Source: a virus
IMG/VR virus record: IMGVR_UViG_3300041409_000157
Span: 1 to 64,000 of that record
Direction: 5' to 3' (one strand)
Length of the DNA stretch: 64,000 nt
The position numbers and the translations under genes were made by a program. Under the pieces are notes generated by a model that saw only the letters and a list, made by a program, of their open reading frames with translations, searched no databases and had not been told where the DNA came from. Positions 1 to 8,535 of this stretch are shown in pieces; position 1 is the first letter of the stretch, and each line of letters opens with the position of its first letter.

Positions 1-736
1 TGTCGCACGCAATAACCGGCTCCAGCTTGAGGCCCCGCGCTGCGCAGAACTCATCCCACGCCTTGCGCGAACCCGGCAGTGGGTAATCATCCAGCAGCAA
101 GCACCCTCCCGGCACAATCTTGTCGAACAGATGCTCAAGGCAGACCTTGGTGGACTCGTAGAGGTCGCCGTCAAGGCGAAGCATGGCGATGGGTCCGATA
201 GGCGTCACCGGAAGCGTGTCCTGAAACCAGCCCTTATGGAACTGGAACCCGCCGGAGAAGCCATGCTTGGCGAGGTTCTTCAACACGTTGCTCACCGAGG
301 ATGCGCTGATGCCGCTCGACCGGAGGCGGTCCCTCAGGGGGAGATTCTGGTCCACGACGAACGCGCCAATGCCCGGCTGGTCGTGGTCGTTTGGGCCAGC
401 CATTGGGATTCCCTCAAAGGAATCGAACAGGTGAAACTCGTGGGAGTTAAAGCCCGGAGGAATGCCTTCACGCGCCGCCTCCGCCATCGCGCAGATCATC
501 GCCCCGTAGGCCACACCGCACTCAACGAACGCTCCCGGGATGCCGCGCTGAACGATATCGTGCGCCGCCAGATACGTGTGCTGGACGCCTTGCTTGGTGG
601 AGCAGGCCATGGCTGCGAATGCGTCGAGGCGAGCAAGTCGCTCGGGAGGGATGGATTTGTAATCGAATGTCATCGTCCCGAACCGGTCCCGGTCGGTGTT
701 GATGCTCACGTCATCAATGCGGAAGAACTTGCTCAT
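1..736 (-). CDS. TylF/MycF/NovP-family (sugar) O-methyltransferase, 3' end runs off window
   Basis: Not in ORF track; hand translation from ATG at 736 (ATGA overlap with upstream stop) gives GAFVECGVAYG, FHLFDSFEGIP, KGWFQDTLP, LRLDGDLYESTKVCLEHL, GGCLLLDDY, all TylF hallmark motifs. Confidence 0.9.
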   Translation of the reverse strand, partial: MSKFFRIDDVSINTDRDRFGTMTFDYKSIPPERLARLDAFAAMACSTKQGVQHTYLAAHDIVQRGIPGAFVECGVAYGAMICAMAEAAREGIPPGFNSHEFHLFDSFEGIPMAGPNDHDQPGIGAFVVDQNLPLRDRLRSSGISASSVSNVLKNLAKHGFSGGFQFHKGWFQDTLPVTPIGPIAMLRLDGDLYESTKVCLEHLFDKIVPGGCLLLDDYPLPGSRKAWDEFCAARGLKLEPVIACD

Positions 737-1527
737 GCCTCAGCCCTCTGAATCCTGTCAATCACCGCTGCCGGAGCGTTCGCATTGTAGAACTCCTCGG
801 CCACCGTGTAGTCGAATCCAGGAACGCCCATGAAAGGAATCAGTTTGTCGCCACCGTTGAGCACATCTGTCGGCACCCACGGAAGGTCCAGCACAGCGGG
901 CTTCGTGTAGGACTTCACCGAGCGCGGCGACGGGTCAAATCCTCCAAAGCGATGCTCGCACAGACTGTTCTGCATTACCGGCCACACCTTGCGCATCAGC
1001 ATGAGCTGGTCGTCACCGTGCCGATCCAACCCCTCACCGGAAGTTAGCGCAGCAAAGCTTCTCAGGCCGGTCTGATTGCGCAGGATCGCGCCACGAAATC
1101 CGCACAGGCCGCCCATGATGGGAGCGCCGTGCTGGGGATGGTCGCTCATGCAGTGCATCCCGGCACCGCTCTCCACGAATTGCCGCACTGCCATCGCTTC
1201 CTTGGGAGTGGGCAGCGAGTCGAGATCGCGGCAGAGGGTGATTTCCACGCTCTCCTCAAAGACTGGCTGCAAGCGCCACGCCATGGCCCGGCAGATGCGA
1301 TGCTCGGCACCCATGTTCACGAGGGTTACTAGCCCGGCGGATTCGTAGGCGAACAGGATTTTAGCCTTGGGGCATTGGTGGAGCGTGCCGTCATGGTAGA
1401 TGCGCCACTCCCAGTCCGGGAACAGCGTGTGGTGGGCGCGGCAGATGGCTCTCGCGCCGTTCACGTATAACAAAGCGTGATCGTCGCGTCCGCACCAGAA
1501 CAGACTGTAGGAGGCGACGCGCTTCAT
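733..1527 (-). CDS. Putative glycosyltransferase-like protein (GT-A-like, viral family)
   Basis: SYSLF...YVNGA...FPDWEWRIYHD...MAWRL...CRDLDS...IMGGLCG...DDQ pattern; DxD motif; adjacent to GT2 genes. Confidence 0.6.
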   Translation of the reverse strand: MKRVASYSLFWCGRDDHALLYVNGARAICRAHHTLFPDWEWRIYHDGTLHQCPKAKILFAYESAGLVTLVNMGAEHRICRAMAWRLQPVFEESVEITLCRDLDSLPTPKEAMAVRQFVESGAGMHCMSDHPQHGAPIMGGLCGFRGAILRNQTGLRSFAALTSGEGLDRHGDDQLMLMRKVWPVMQNSLCEHRFGGFDPSPRSVKSYTKPAVLDLPWVPTDVLNGGDKLIPFMGVPGFDYTVAEEFYNANAPAAVIDRIQRAEA

Positions 1528-1694
1528 GCCACCTTCTCCGACTTCGGCTTGAACTTCCGGTCGAGGAGCCTGCCGGGGGTGAACGGCTTGCCGGTGCGGG
1601 AGCGCACCGCCTGAACCTGGCGCCGCATCTCGGCATCCGTTTCAGGTTTCACGTAAAGGGTCAGCTTTTCACGGCCTTCAAATAGTCTGCTCAC
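1524..1694 (-). CDS. Small 56-aa ribbon-helix-helix-like DNA-binding protein
   Basis: Hand-translated GTG ORF (MSRLFEGREKLTLYVKPETDAEMRRQVQ...); stop overlaps next ATG (ATGA); own promoter upstream. Confidence 0.5.
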   Translation of the reverse strand: MSRLFEGREKLTLYVKPETDAEMRRQVQAVRSRTGKPFTPGRLLDRKFKPKSEKVA

Positions 1695-1700
1695 AGGAGG

Positions 1701-1729
1701 AGTGTGGTTGAGAAAGAATCTGACGTCAA
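1701..1729 (-). promoter_or_regulatory. Sigma70-like promoter TTGACG-N17-CACACT, 6 nt before GTG, with TGACGTCA box
   Basis: Read directly; same architecture recurs at several operon starts. Confidence 0.55.
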
Positions 1730-2275
1730 CTATTTCTTGGAACGAAAGAGGTAGTGGTAGATAACCGTCGGGACGCTGCCTTGGGTCTTCAGCAGCGGAT
1801 GAAGACGGCGGGAATAGTCCGCGTCCTCTCCAAAGGAGTTGTCCGGGAATCCGACTTGCAAGGCCAGTTCTCGACGCACTGCATTCAGATGATTTGGCAT
1901 TCGCAAATACACGCCATCCTTCTCATGCCAGTGCGTGCAGGTGATCGTGTGATGAAACGGCTTCGGGTTCTTCCCGTTGGTGGTGATGATGCCGCGCAGC
2001 TCTGCGCAGTCTGGGTTGTCCTTCAGCGCGTGCAGGACTCGCTGGAGGTAATCCTTCGATACGAGGTCGTCATCATCGCAAAACGCCACGTAGTCGCCCT
2101 TGGCAGCGCGCAGCAGGGCATTCCGCTTGGCACCGATGGAGGCTATTCCTTTGGCGCGGTCGTCGAGGAGTATCTCCACGGACTGCCCGATGCACTGCCC
2201 GTCGAGGACGCGAGAGAGGCGGGAGAGAAAGGCGCGCCGCTCGGGAAGGGTGCAGATAAGGATGGAAAGGCGCAT
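1730..2275 (-). CDS. Glycosyltransferase family 2
   Basis: LSILICT..., IGAKRNALL..AKGDYVAFCDDDD, GEDADY motifs. Confidence 0.9.
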   Translation of the reverse strand: MRLSILICTLPERRAFLSRLSRVLDGQCIGQSVEILLDDRAKGIASIGAKRNALLRAAKGDYVAFCDDDDLVSKDYLQRVLHALKDNPDCAELRGIITTNGKNPKPFHHTITCTHWHEKDGVYLRMPNHLNAVRRELALQVGFPDNSFGEDADYSRRLHPLLKTQGSVPTVIYHYLFRSKK

Positions 2276-2632
2276 TCAGGTTTTACCGTCGGCCCGCCGA
2301 CCAGTGTTCGGAATTATTTGCACAGCCCGATCATCCCAAAGCTCAACCATTCCAAAATCCTTCACGTTCGTAACTACCAACTCCACCCCAATATGAATCT
2401 TGCACCAAGCCTTGATTGGGCCGATGACATCCACTTTTTGTCCTCCAATCGAAAGCCCTTGACCGGCAACCCTCGCCGTAAAAATCCTCACATCAACCCC
2501 GTCCTTCAGCCACGCCTTAACGCGGAGAAGCATTTCTGGAATCGGCTCTCCAATATGGTCAACGCCTCTCCACCCATCGTAGCGTGCGAGTGTTCCGTCC
2601 AAATCGACACCTATCCATCCTGATCTGCTCAT
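2276..2632 (-). CDS. HAD-superfamily phosphatase-like protein
   Basis: WIGVDLDGTLA motif I, IFTAR motif II, LWDDRA motif IV. Confidence 0.8.
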   Translation of the reverse strand: MSRSGWIGVDLDGTLARYDGWRGVDHIGEPIPEMLLRVKAWLKDGVDVRIFTARVAGQGLSIGGQKVDVIGPIKAWCKIHIGVELVVTNVKDFGMVELWDDRAVQIIPNTGRRADGKT

Positions 2633-3285
2633 GGAAATCCAGCCGCCTTTCTGCGCTCAAACGTCGCCTTATCGATTGCGTAGAACCCGCCATTCCGCTT
2701 GTAGGTTTCGTCCTTCCCGGTGCGCTGTAACCACGCGTGCTTGAACAGGCACCGGTTGATCTTAACGCTTTTGCCATCCCGCTCAGTCACCTCTTGCCAC
2801 TCATTGTCGCACCACTCGGCGATGTATTCAGGCTGATAGATGTATCCAAACGAGTCGATCAACTTCTTGCCCGCAATCGGCATCGTATTGAGGCCATGCT
2901 TGTTCAACCCGTCATCGAAGTGTAGGCACCCATCCAGATTTGGAAAGTGCTGGAGCATGAGCCTTTCGATGGTCTGGTCATACCTGCGCTCCATCGCTTG
3001 CATATCGTCTGACACCAGCACCAGCACATCGTAGCTGCCAAGCTTGTCGAAGTCCGCGTTGATGGCTTGGATTTTGTTCTGCGACTTCCCAACGAACACC
3101 TCCATGTCGCGCCTGCGCTTGATGAACCCCTTGATCTCGGCCGACTGCATCGACCGGTCATCCTCATCAATGGAAACCACCCAGCGCACTGGATTCACCC
3201 GCGAGAGGAGCGACGTGTAGAGGTTCACCATCCGCACAAACAGCGCGGGCCTGCCTCGGGTGGGATACTTGAAGACAAACCTCAT
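2629..3285 (-). CDS. GT-A fold glycosyltransferase (GT2-like)
   Basis: KYPTRGRP, VSIDEDD, KIQAIN, LVLVSDDM, WCDNE, FKHAW pattern. Confidence 0.75.
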   Translation of the reverse strand: MRFVFKYPTRGRPALFVRMVNLYTSLLSRVNPVRWVVSIDEDDRSMQSAEIKGFIKRRRDMEVFVGKSQNKIQAINADFDKLGSYDVLVLVSDDMQAMERRYDQTIERLMLQHFPNLDGCLHFDDGLNKHGLNTMPIAGKKLIDSFGYIYQPEYIAEWCDNEWQEVTERDGKSVKINRCLFKHAWLQRTGKDETYKRNGGFYAIDKATFERRKAAGFP

Positions 3286-3533
3286 TGCTGATCAATTGAA
3301 ACCAACTGCGCCACCCCACAGGCCGGAATTTTTCCAGCACAGTCGTGCCGCGCATTGATGAGAACCTTGAAACGACTCGTGACGATGTTGTCTGAACAGA
3401 TTAACACCTTGTCCCCCTCAAGAACCGCTGCGCAAAAATCAGGGAAGTGCATGTCGGTAACCATGCTCACGGTGAACTCTTCACCGCAAGACGCGCATTT
3501 GTATTTTACTCCAATGCTCTTTCGCTGTGCCAT
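3282..3533 (-). CDS. Small Cys-containing hypothetical protein
   Basis: CASC motif; ATGA-coupled to next gene; own promoter TTGACG-N16-CATGCT-N6-ATG. Confidence 0.55.
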   Translation of the reverse strand: MAQRKSIGVKYKCASCGEEFTVSMVTDMHFPDFCAAVLEGDKVLICSDNIVTSRFKVLINARHDCAGKIPACGVAQLVSIDQQ

Positions 3534-3574
3534 GTAAGCAGCATGGCACGATGAAATGTGACGTCAACTACTTT

Positions 3575-3706
3575 TCACGCCGGGGTCGTGGTGGTAGTTG
3601 TCGTGGAGTGATCCGTGGTGGTGGTCACCTCAGAGCCGGTCGTGGTGGTGACGCTCCCGCCGGAGGGCGTCTCGCAGGGCGTGTTGATGATGAGGTCGAA
3701 TCTCAT
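3575..3706 (-). CDS. 43-aa Thr-rich (mucin-like) peptide
   Basis: Hand-translated MRFDLIINTPCETPSGGSVTTTTGSEVTTTTDHSTTTTTTTPA; ATG overlaps TGA of the 820-aa gene; GC3-rich codons. Confidence 0.65.
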   Translation of the reverse strand: MRFDLIINTPCETPSGGSVTTTTGSEVTTTTDHSTTTTTTTPA

Positions 3707-6165
3707 GCGATGATCTGGAACAGGATTCGGAATCCGCCGGGAGCATCGGGGCCGCCATTGATGTCGTCATACATCACAAGGGAGCAGCAGTTGTCATCGA
3801 AAGTGACATGGCTGAACCTTCCGGTGTAGCTGAACAGGAATCCGCACTGGCCGTCCGGGTTGGTGTTGCTCACCTCATACTCGTAACGTCCTCCACCGAA
3901 GCAGGTCACGCGCGCGTAAGTTCCCTCACTGTCTATCTCCCATGTCCATGGGTCCATTGAGATGTTGGCCATGTTTGCGGAGATGGTGCATGGCCCGGGA
4001 GGATATTCCCCGTCCTCGGTATTCGAGAATATAGACAGCAGCCAGTCTCCCGCGCTGCACGCTCCCGGTGCCGGGCAATCACACGGAGACGGAGTTGTGC
4101 TGGTGGTTGTTGTGCTGGTGGTTGTGGTCGTAGTGGTAGTCGTCGGGTCAGGTGGTGTGAGTGGAGGAATAGCCACGCACCCGCCAACCGAAATACCATG
4201 CCATGAAGCCCCGCTCAAAATCGCCGTCTCGCCCGGCGCGTAGCCAGTCCCCACCGTCAACCCGCTGAGGGTGACATTGGTTGTGCTTCCGTCAGCGGTA
4301 ACCGCCTCAATCTTCCCGAGCACCCACACACCGTCATCCTCAACCAGCGCCCACGTAGCGGTGATCGTGACAGCAGGAACCTCCACTCCGTCTTGAATCA
4401 CCGTAGCCACTTCAAATGACGAGGTGAACCGGTCACCATCAGCCACCGGCTCCTGGCAGGGGTGTCCCACCTGATCCGAGCACTGGGTCCCAATGAAGAA
4501 ATACACCCGCTCGTTGTTTCCAAACTTGACGATGCACTTGTAGTAGGTGTCAGGATCGTAGCCAAGTGTCTCCCCGTAGCAGGTGAATGCGTGCGCCCCG
4601 GCCGCAAACTCACCCACGCTGGTGACGTATTCACCGTGCAGCTTGGAACCGTTCTCGAACATCACCAACGGGAAGGATGCGAAGGTGCCGCCGCCTTGCT
4701 CGACTGGATTAATAAGGTATTGCGTCGCCCAGCACTTTCCGGTGTTCCATATCCCGCTCGTGTCTGTCCGATACACTTCGACGTCAAGAATCTGGCGATT
4801 GGTCGCCATGGACAAATTGAGGTCGAAGATGTGATCCGAGCTTCCGTTGGGAGTAAACACGAACCATGGACCCGCTTGATCCCCAGTGCTGCATCTCCGC
4901 GAAAATGACGATGTATGAACCCCGTCACCCACGTATGGGCTGTAATCCGCATCCGACACCCCGTAAGTCGCCACACTGGTGCATTCCCCACGCACCGCAA
5001 TAGCCCGGATGACCGCATCGGAGGAGAATTGCACCGGACCCGTGTAGCGGAAGCTTGCCCGGGTAGGGATTGAGCCGTCCGTCGTGAAGTAGATGTCGTC
5101 CCCAGCCGTCGCCGTCATCACCACGTAGATGGGGAATGCCACAGTAGATCCCGCCGGAGGATCAAACGTGACACTCGGCACGTCGGGGCACTCCGTGGCA
5201 AGCTGGTCCGCGTTCTGGAGAGTCGCTGCCACAGGGTCCACCTGATCAGCGGGTCCGCCTTGGATGGCCGACGGGATGACCGCCTGCCGGGCATTGCTGC
5301 CTTCACAGCCACGCACGCGAGTTTCCTCACGGCAATCCCGCATCATGCCGCGCCGAGCCTCAATGAAGGAGGCTTGAGCCTGCGCTGCCCCTACATCGTC
5401 CCGGTCGTAATCCTTGAGATGCTGCCACGACACGTAGTAGCGCACAGCACGCTTCAACTGAGGATTGTCCTCCACTAGGTCGTTGTCATCCCACAGACCT
5501 TTGATGCCATCCCACTCAAGGATCACCGTCTCGGTTCTCTGGAGGTATGGCGCAATGTAGAAACGGCCCCGCTCCTGCGCCCACACGCCCCGCTGGGCGC
5601 GTCCGAAGCGGGAATCCGTAGAAACCTGCGGCTGATAGTGATGGCCCAGCGGGAGGGCCGGAAAAGCGAGATACTCCTCGTCGGTCGGAACCGGGTAATC
5701 CGCCCGACGGCAGCCGCAGCCAAACCCGAAGATGCCGCTGAAGTTGGCAAATCCTCCCCCGCAAGTGGAGCAGCTCTTCACCTGCTGCTGGTATTCCAGC
5801 ATCTTGCAGTAGGGCACCTGCTCGTAATACACGCGGGAGCACCAGTTGGTCCACGCGCTGGCAGATTCGAGATGCTTGTCCGGCGTGAGCTGGTCCACTA
5901 CCGACACCCGAACGATCTTGTTCGACATGCTCCCCCAGCCCTGCTGCTGGGGCATGTCCATCACGTTCAACCCGCAGACGTAGAACCTGGAGCAGGCCCG
6001 ATAAAGCTGCGTGTTGTTGTATTGGTAGCAGTCCACCCACCGCTGAATATCCACGAGGGCCTCGACAAAAAACTTGTCGTGGATCGGGACAAGCTCCTCT
6101 GCCTCACCCTCGGGCCAGATGAGGCGGCGAATCTCGTCCTTCAGGTCTGCGAATGTGTAAGGCAT
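3703..6165 (-). CDS. Virion protein: head-tail adaptor-like N-terminus, FN3-associated/chitobiase-C-like Ig domain, poly-Thr linker, Cys-rich C-terminus
   Basis: YTFADLKDEIRRLI N-terminus typical of adaptors; FDPPAGST...IYFTTDGSIPT...YTGPV...IRAIAV domain; PTTTTTTTTTSTTTTSTTPSP tract; two genes downstream of capsid. Confidence 0.65.
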   Translation of the reverse strand: MPYTFADLKDEIRRLIWPEGEAEELVPIHDKFFVEALVDIQRWVDCYQYNNTQLYRACSRFYVCGLNVMDMPQQQGWGSMSNKIVRVSVVDQLTPDKHLESASAWTNWCSRVYYEQVPYCKMLEYQQQVKSCSTCGGGFANFSGIFGFGCGCRRADYPVPTDEEYLAFPALPLGHHYQPQVSTDSRFGRAQRGVWAQERGRFYIAPYLQRTETVILEWDGIKGLWDDNDLVEDNPQLKRAVRYYVSWQHLKDYDRDDVGAAQAQASFIEARRGMMRDCREETRVRGCEGSNARQAVIPSAIQGGPADQVDPVAATLQNADQLATECPDVPSVTFDPPAGSTVAFPIYVVMTATAGDDIYFTTDGSIPTRASFRYTGPVQFSSDAVIRAIAVRGECTSVATYGVSDADYSPYVGDGVHTSSFSRRCSTGDQAGPWFVFTPNGSSDHIFDLNLSMATNRQILDVEVYRTDTSGIWNTGKCWATQYLINPVEQGGGTFASFPLVMFENGSKLHGEYVTSVGEFAAGAHAFTCYGETLGYDPDTYYKCIVKFGNNERVYFFIGTQCSDQVGHPCQEPVADGDRFTSSFEVATVIQDGVEVPAVTITATWALVEDDGVWVLGKIEAVTADGSTTNVTLSGLTVGTGYAPGETAILSGASWHGISVGGCVAIPPLTPPDPTTTTTTTTTSTTTTSTTPSPCDCPAPGACSAGDWLLSIFSNTEDGEYPPGPCTISANMANISMDPWTWEIDSEGTYARVTCFGGGRYEYEVSNTNPDGQCGFLFSYTGRFSHVTFDDNCCSLVMYDDINGGPDAPGGFRILFQIIA

Positions 6166-6172
6166 CTGTCAC

Positions 6173-6703
6173 TCATGCTGCTGCGGCTTGACCGCCACCG
6201 ATCACGACCAGCTCCGACCGTTGGTGCTGGTCAGTCTGCTGTGCCTTGCGCGGACGCCCCACCTTGCGCGGCGGGGGCACCATGGCTTTGGCGAGGCTCT
6301 GGTCGCCACCTTCCGGCTTGGTGTCCGGCTGGGGCGGAGCATCACTGAGCTGGGGCGGCGCGGCGGCGTCCGCCACAGACGGAGCAACCACCCGTTTTTG
6401 GAGCTTGAGGTCGCGGCTGACGATTCGGACTGGCCCGCCGGACGCGCTCAATTTGGGCGCGAATCGTCTCCCCTGACGGTTTTTTTTTAACGTCTGGTAT
6501 CCCAGCTCGTTGGTTTCGGAGACACCGAGGCGACCGGCGACCTTCTTCAGGTCTTCGATGAGCAGCGCCTGATCCGGCACCTCTTCGTCGAGCGCGATGA
6601 CGCCCGTGTTTCCACCCAGCTTCTCCCAGTTGATGGGCCGTCCGTTGCGGTCCTTGAAGACGTTCTGGGAGAGGAGGGCCTTTTTGAAGTAGCGTTTTGC
6701 CAT
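6173..6703 (-). CDS. Hypothetical protein downstream of capsid, with A9 slippery site
   Basis: ORF; TTA AAA AAA AAC at about 6479-6490. Confidence 0.7.
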   Translation of the reverse strand: MAKRYFKKALLSQNVFKDRNGRPINWEKLGGNTGVIALDEEVPDQALLIEDLKKVAGRLGVSETNELGYQTLKKNRQGRRFAPKLSASGGPVRIVSRDLKLQKRVVAPSVADAAAPPQLSDAPPQPDTKPEGGDQSLAKAMVPPPRKVGRPRKAQQTDQHQRSELVVIGGGQAAAA

Positions 6704-6718
6704 GGCAGGACTGTTCCC

Positions 6719-6758
6719 AAAAAAAGCCGGGCCGTCCAGTGAAACCAGACGGCCCGGC
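6719..6758 (-). terminator. Rho-independent terminator after major capsid gene
   Basis: 11-bp perfect stem GCCGGGCCGTC/GACGGCCCGGC followed by T7 on minus strand. Confidence 0.9.
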
Positions 6759-6772
6759 GTGAATCGTTCCGC

Positions 6773-8509
6773 TTAATCCTGCGGAGTGGTGGTCACCCCG
6801 GAGCCGTCCGCCGGATACACTGAGGTGCCGTCGTCCTCAGTCGAGTTCGGGACTTCGTCGGAGACGTTCTCCAGCACGATGCTCGCCCGGGGGCACTCGA
6901 CGTGCATACCCCAAGTGAAGCTGTTCATGGTGGTCTGCTCGGTGAGGATCTTCGGCGTGCAGGCGTAGGTGGCGTCGATGCCCTGCAAAGCCGCCGGGTT
7001 GGTGCGGGTGACCGTCCGGTCAGTGGCGACCGTGAACGGGTAGATGCCGGAGAAATCCAGAATCCAGATGTTGCGGCCGAGACTGGTGTTGCCGATGGCC
7101 TGCGCCTGCGTCACGAGGTCGTCGAAGAAGAAGTGCGTGACCACGTTGATGACCAGACCCTGCGGCCATTCCAACGGATAGGTGCGGTAGCTGAACCCGA
7201 AGTTGGCCTTCTTGATGGAGTAAGGGTTTGTGACCTTGTAGTCGCCGCCCATGTCCATGTTCACGCGCAGAAGGCCGCTGTTCTGCGAGTTGTAGTAGTT
7301 CACCATCGCCAGATGGAACCGGCTGGCGGTCGTGGTGTCCATGAACAGGTCGATCATGTTGCTCGTGTCGCCGTTGGACTGGCGGGAGCGGAGGATGAGA
7401 TACAGCGTGCGCCAGAGCGTGGAGAGCACGAGCTGGCCGCCTTGGAGGTCCGCCACCCGGTCGCACTCCGCGAGCTGTTCGAGGATGCCCACCACGTTGG
7501 CGCGGCGGCCACGGCAGCGGCCGGAGGTCGGCACGTCGAGGTAGTTCGAGGCGGCGGTGGTGATCTCCTCAAGCTGGTCGTAGCTGGTGAGGCCCTGATT
7601 TACGAGGCCTTTGGAGTAGAACGCATCGTAGGCCATGCGCTCCTGAAACTCCTGACCGACCTGCCGGTTGACTTCCGCCTCGGGAAGATCCTGAAACTCA
7701 GCGAAGTAGGTGTTGCCCTTGAGGAGCATGGCCCGATACTCGTCGTAGAAGTCCGACTTGCAGGTCGTGATGCGGGAGGTGCCGAACCACGCCGGATACT
7801 TCGACGTGGTGATGTAGGCCGGGGGCTCATTGCAGAAGCTCTCGGTCACATCCTTGTTGTTCGTGCCGCGAATCAGCCAGCCGGTGACCGGGTTGGACAG
7901 CTTGTCGGGGTCGAGGAAGGAACCAGCATTGAGCGGGGAGAGGACGAGGCGCCCGGAGGTCGCGCTCAGGGCCGTCGAGCTGACGATCTTCCACATCGTC
8001 TCGGAGAGTGTGCCACCATCACCCTCGGAGTTGATGTAAACATACTCGTCGGCGATGAAGGAGCGCACGTCGAACGGGATGCCGGTGGGGCTGGTCACGT
8101 CCACGCGCCAGTTCTCGCCGCTGGCCTGGCCGCCGGACACGTTCCAATATTTGTTGTTGATCGGCCACTTGCGGCGGGCGAGGACGAAGGGCCGGATGTG
8201 GATGAGGCCGTCAGCACCATCCCAGCGGATCCTCTTGTTCCAGTTGACCCGATTCGACATCAGGAAGTCGAACATGCCGATCTGGGCGGCACCGCACGCC
8301 TTGACTTCCATCTGGAAGCCACCGAGGGAGTCCATCACCCGGAAATTTCCGTTGCCGTCCGTAAACACCGACTCGATGTTGTCGGCGGTGATGACCTCCG
8401 TGTTACAGACGGTGACGCTGCCGCACGCCCGGATGTTGGTGCCAATGGCGGGGGCGCACTTGGTGAAGATGTTGGGAGAGATGTTGTCGGGCATGTTGGT
8501 GGTGCTCAA
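6773..8509 (-). CDS. Major capsid protein (putative; alternative ATG at 8494)
   Basis: Follows portal and scaffold, very strong codon bias, followed by terminator; 578 aa. Confidence 0.75.
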   Translation of the reverse strand: MSTTNMPDNISPNIFTKCAPAIGTNIRACGSVTVCNTEVITADNIESVFTDGNGNFRVMDSLGGFQMEVKACGAAQIGMFDFLMSNRVNWNKRIRWDGADGLIHIRPFVLARRKWPINNKYWNVSGGQASGENWRVDVTSPTGIPFDVRSFIADEYVYINSEGDGGTLSETMWKIVSSTALSATSGRLVLSPLNAGSFLDPDKLSNPVTGWLIRGTNNKDVTESFCNEPPAYITTSKYPAWFGTSRITTCKSDFYDEYRAMLLKGNTYFAEFQDLPEAEVNRQVGQEFQERMAYDAFYSKGLVNQGLTSYDQLEEITTAASNYLDVPTSGRCRGRRANVVGILEQLAECDRVADLQGGQLVLSTLWRTLYLILRSRQSNGDTSNMIDLFMDTTTASRFHLAMVNYYNSQNSGLLRVNMDMGGDYKVTNPYSIKKANFGFSYRTYPLEWPQGLVINVVTHFFFDDLVTQAQAIGNTSLGRNIWILDFSGIYPFTVATDRTVTRTNPAALQGIDATYACTPKILTEQTTMNSFTWGMHVECPRASIVLENVSDEVPNSTEDDGTSVYPADGSGVTTTPQD

Positions 8510-8535
8510 CCGGATTCATTCCGGTGATGCAACCA

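Noticed and set aside
6902-8527. Long plus-strand ORFs antisense to capsid, scaffold, portal and others (also 48981..50654 on minus)
   Set aside because: Shadow ORFs expected from high-GC3 codon bias; no motifs
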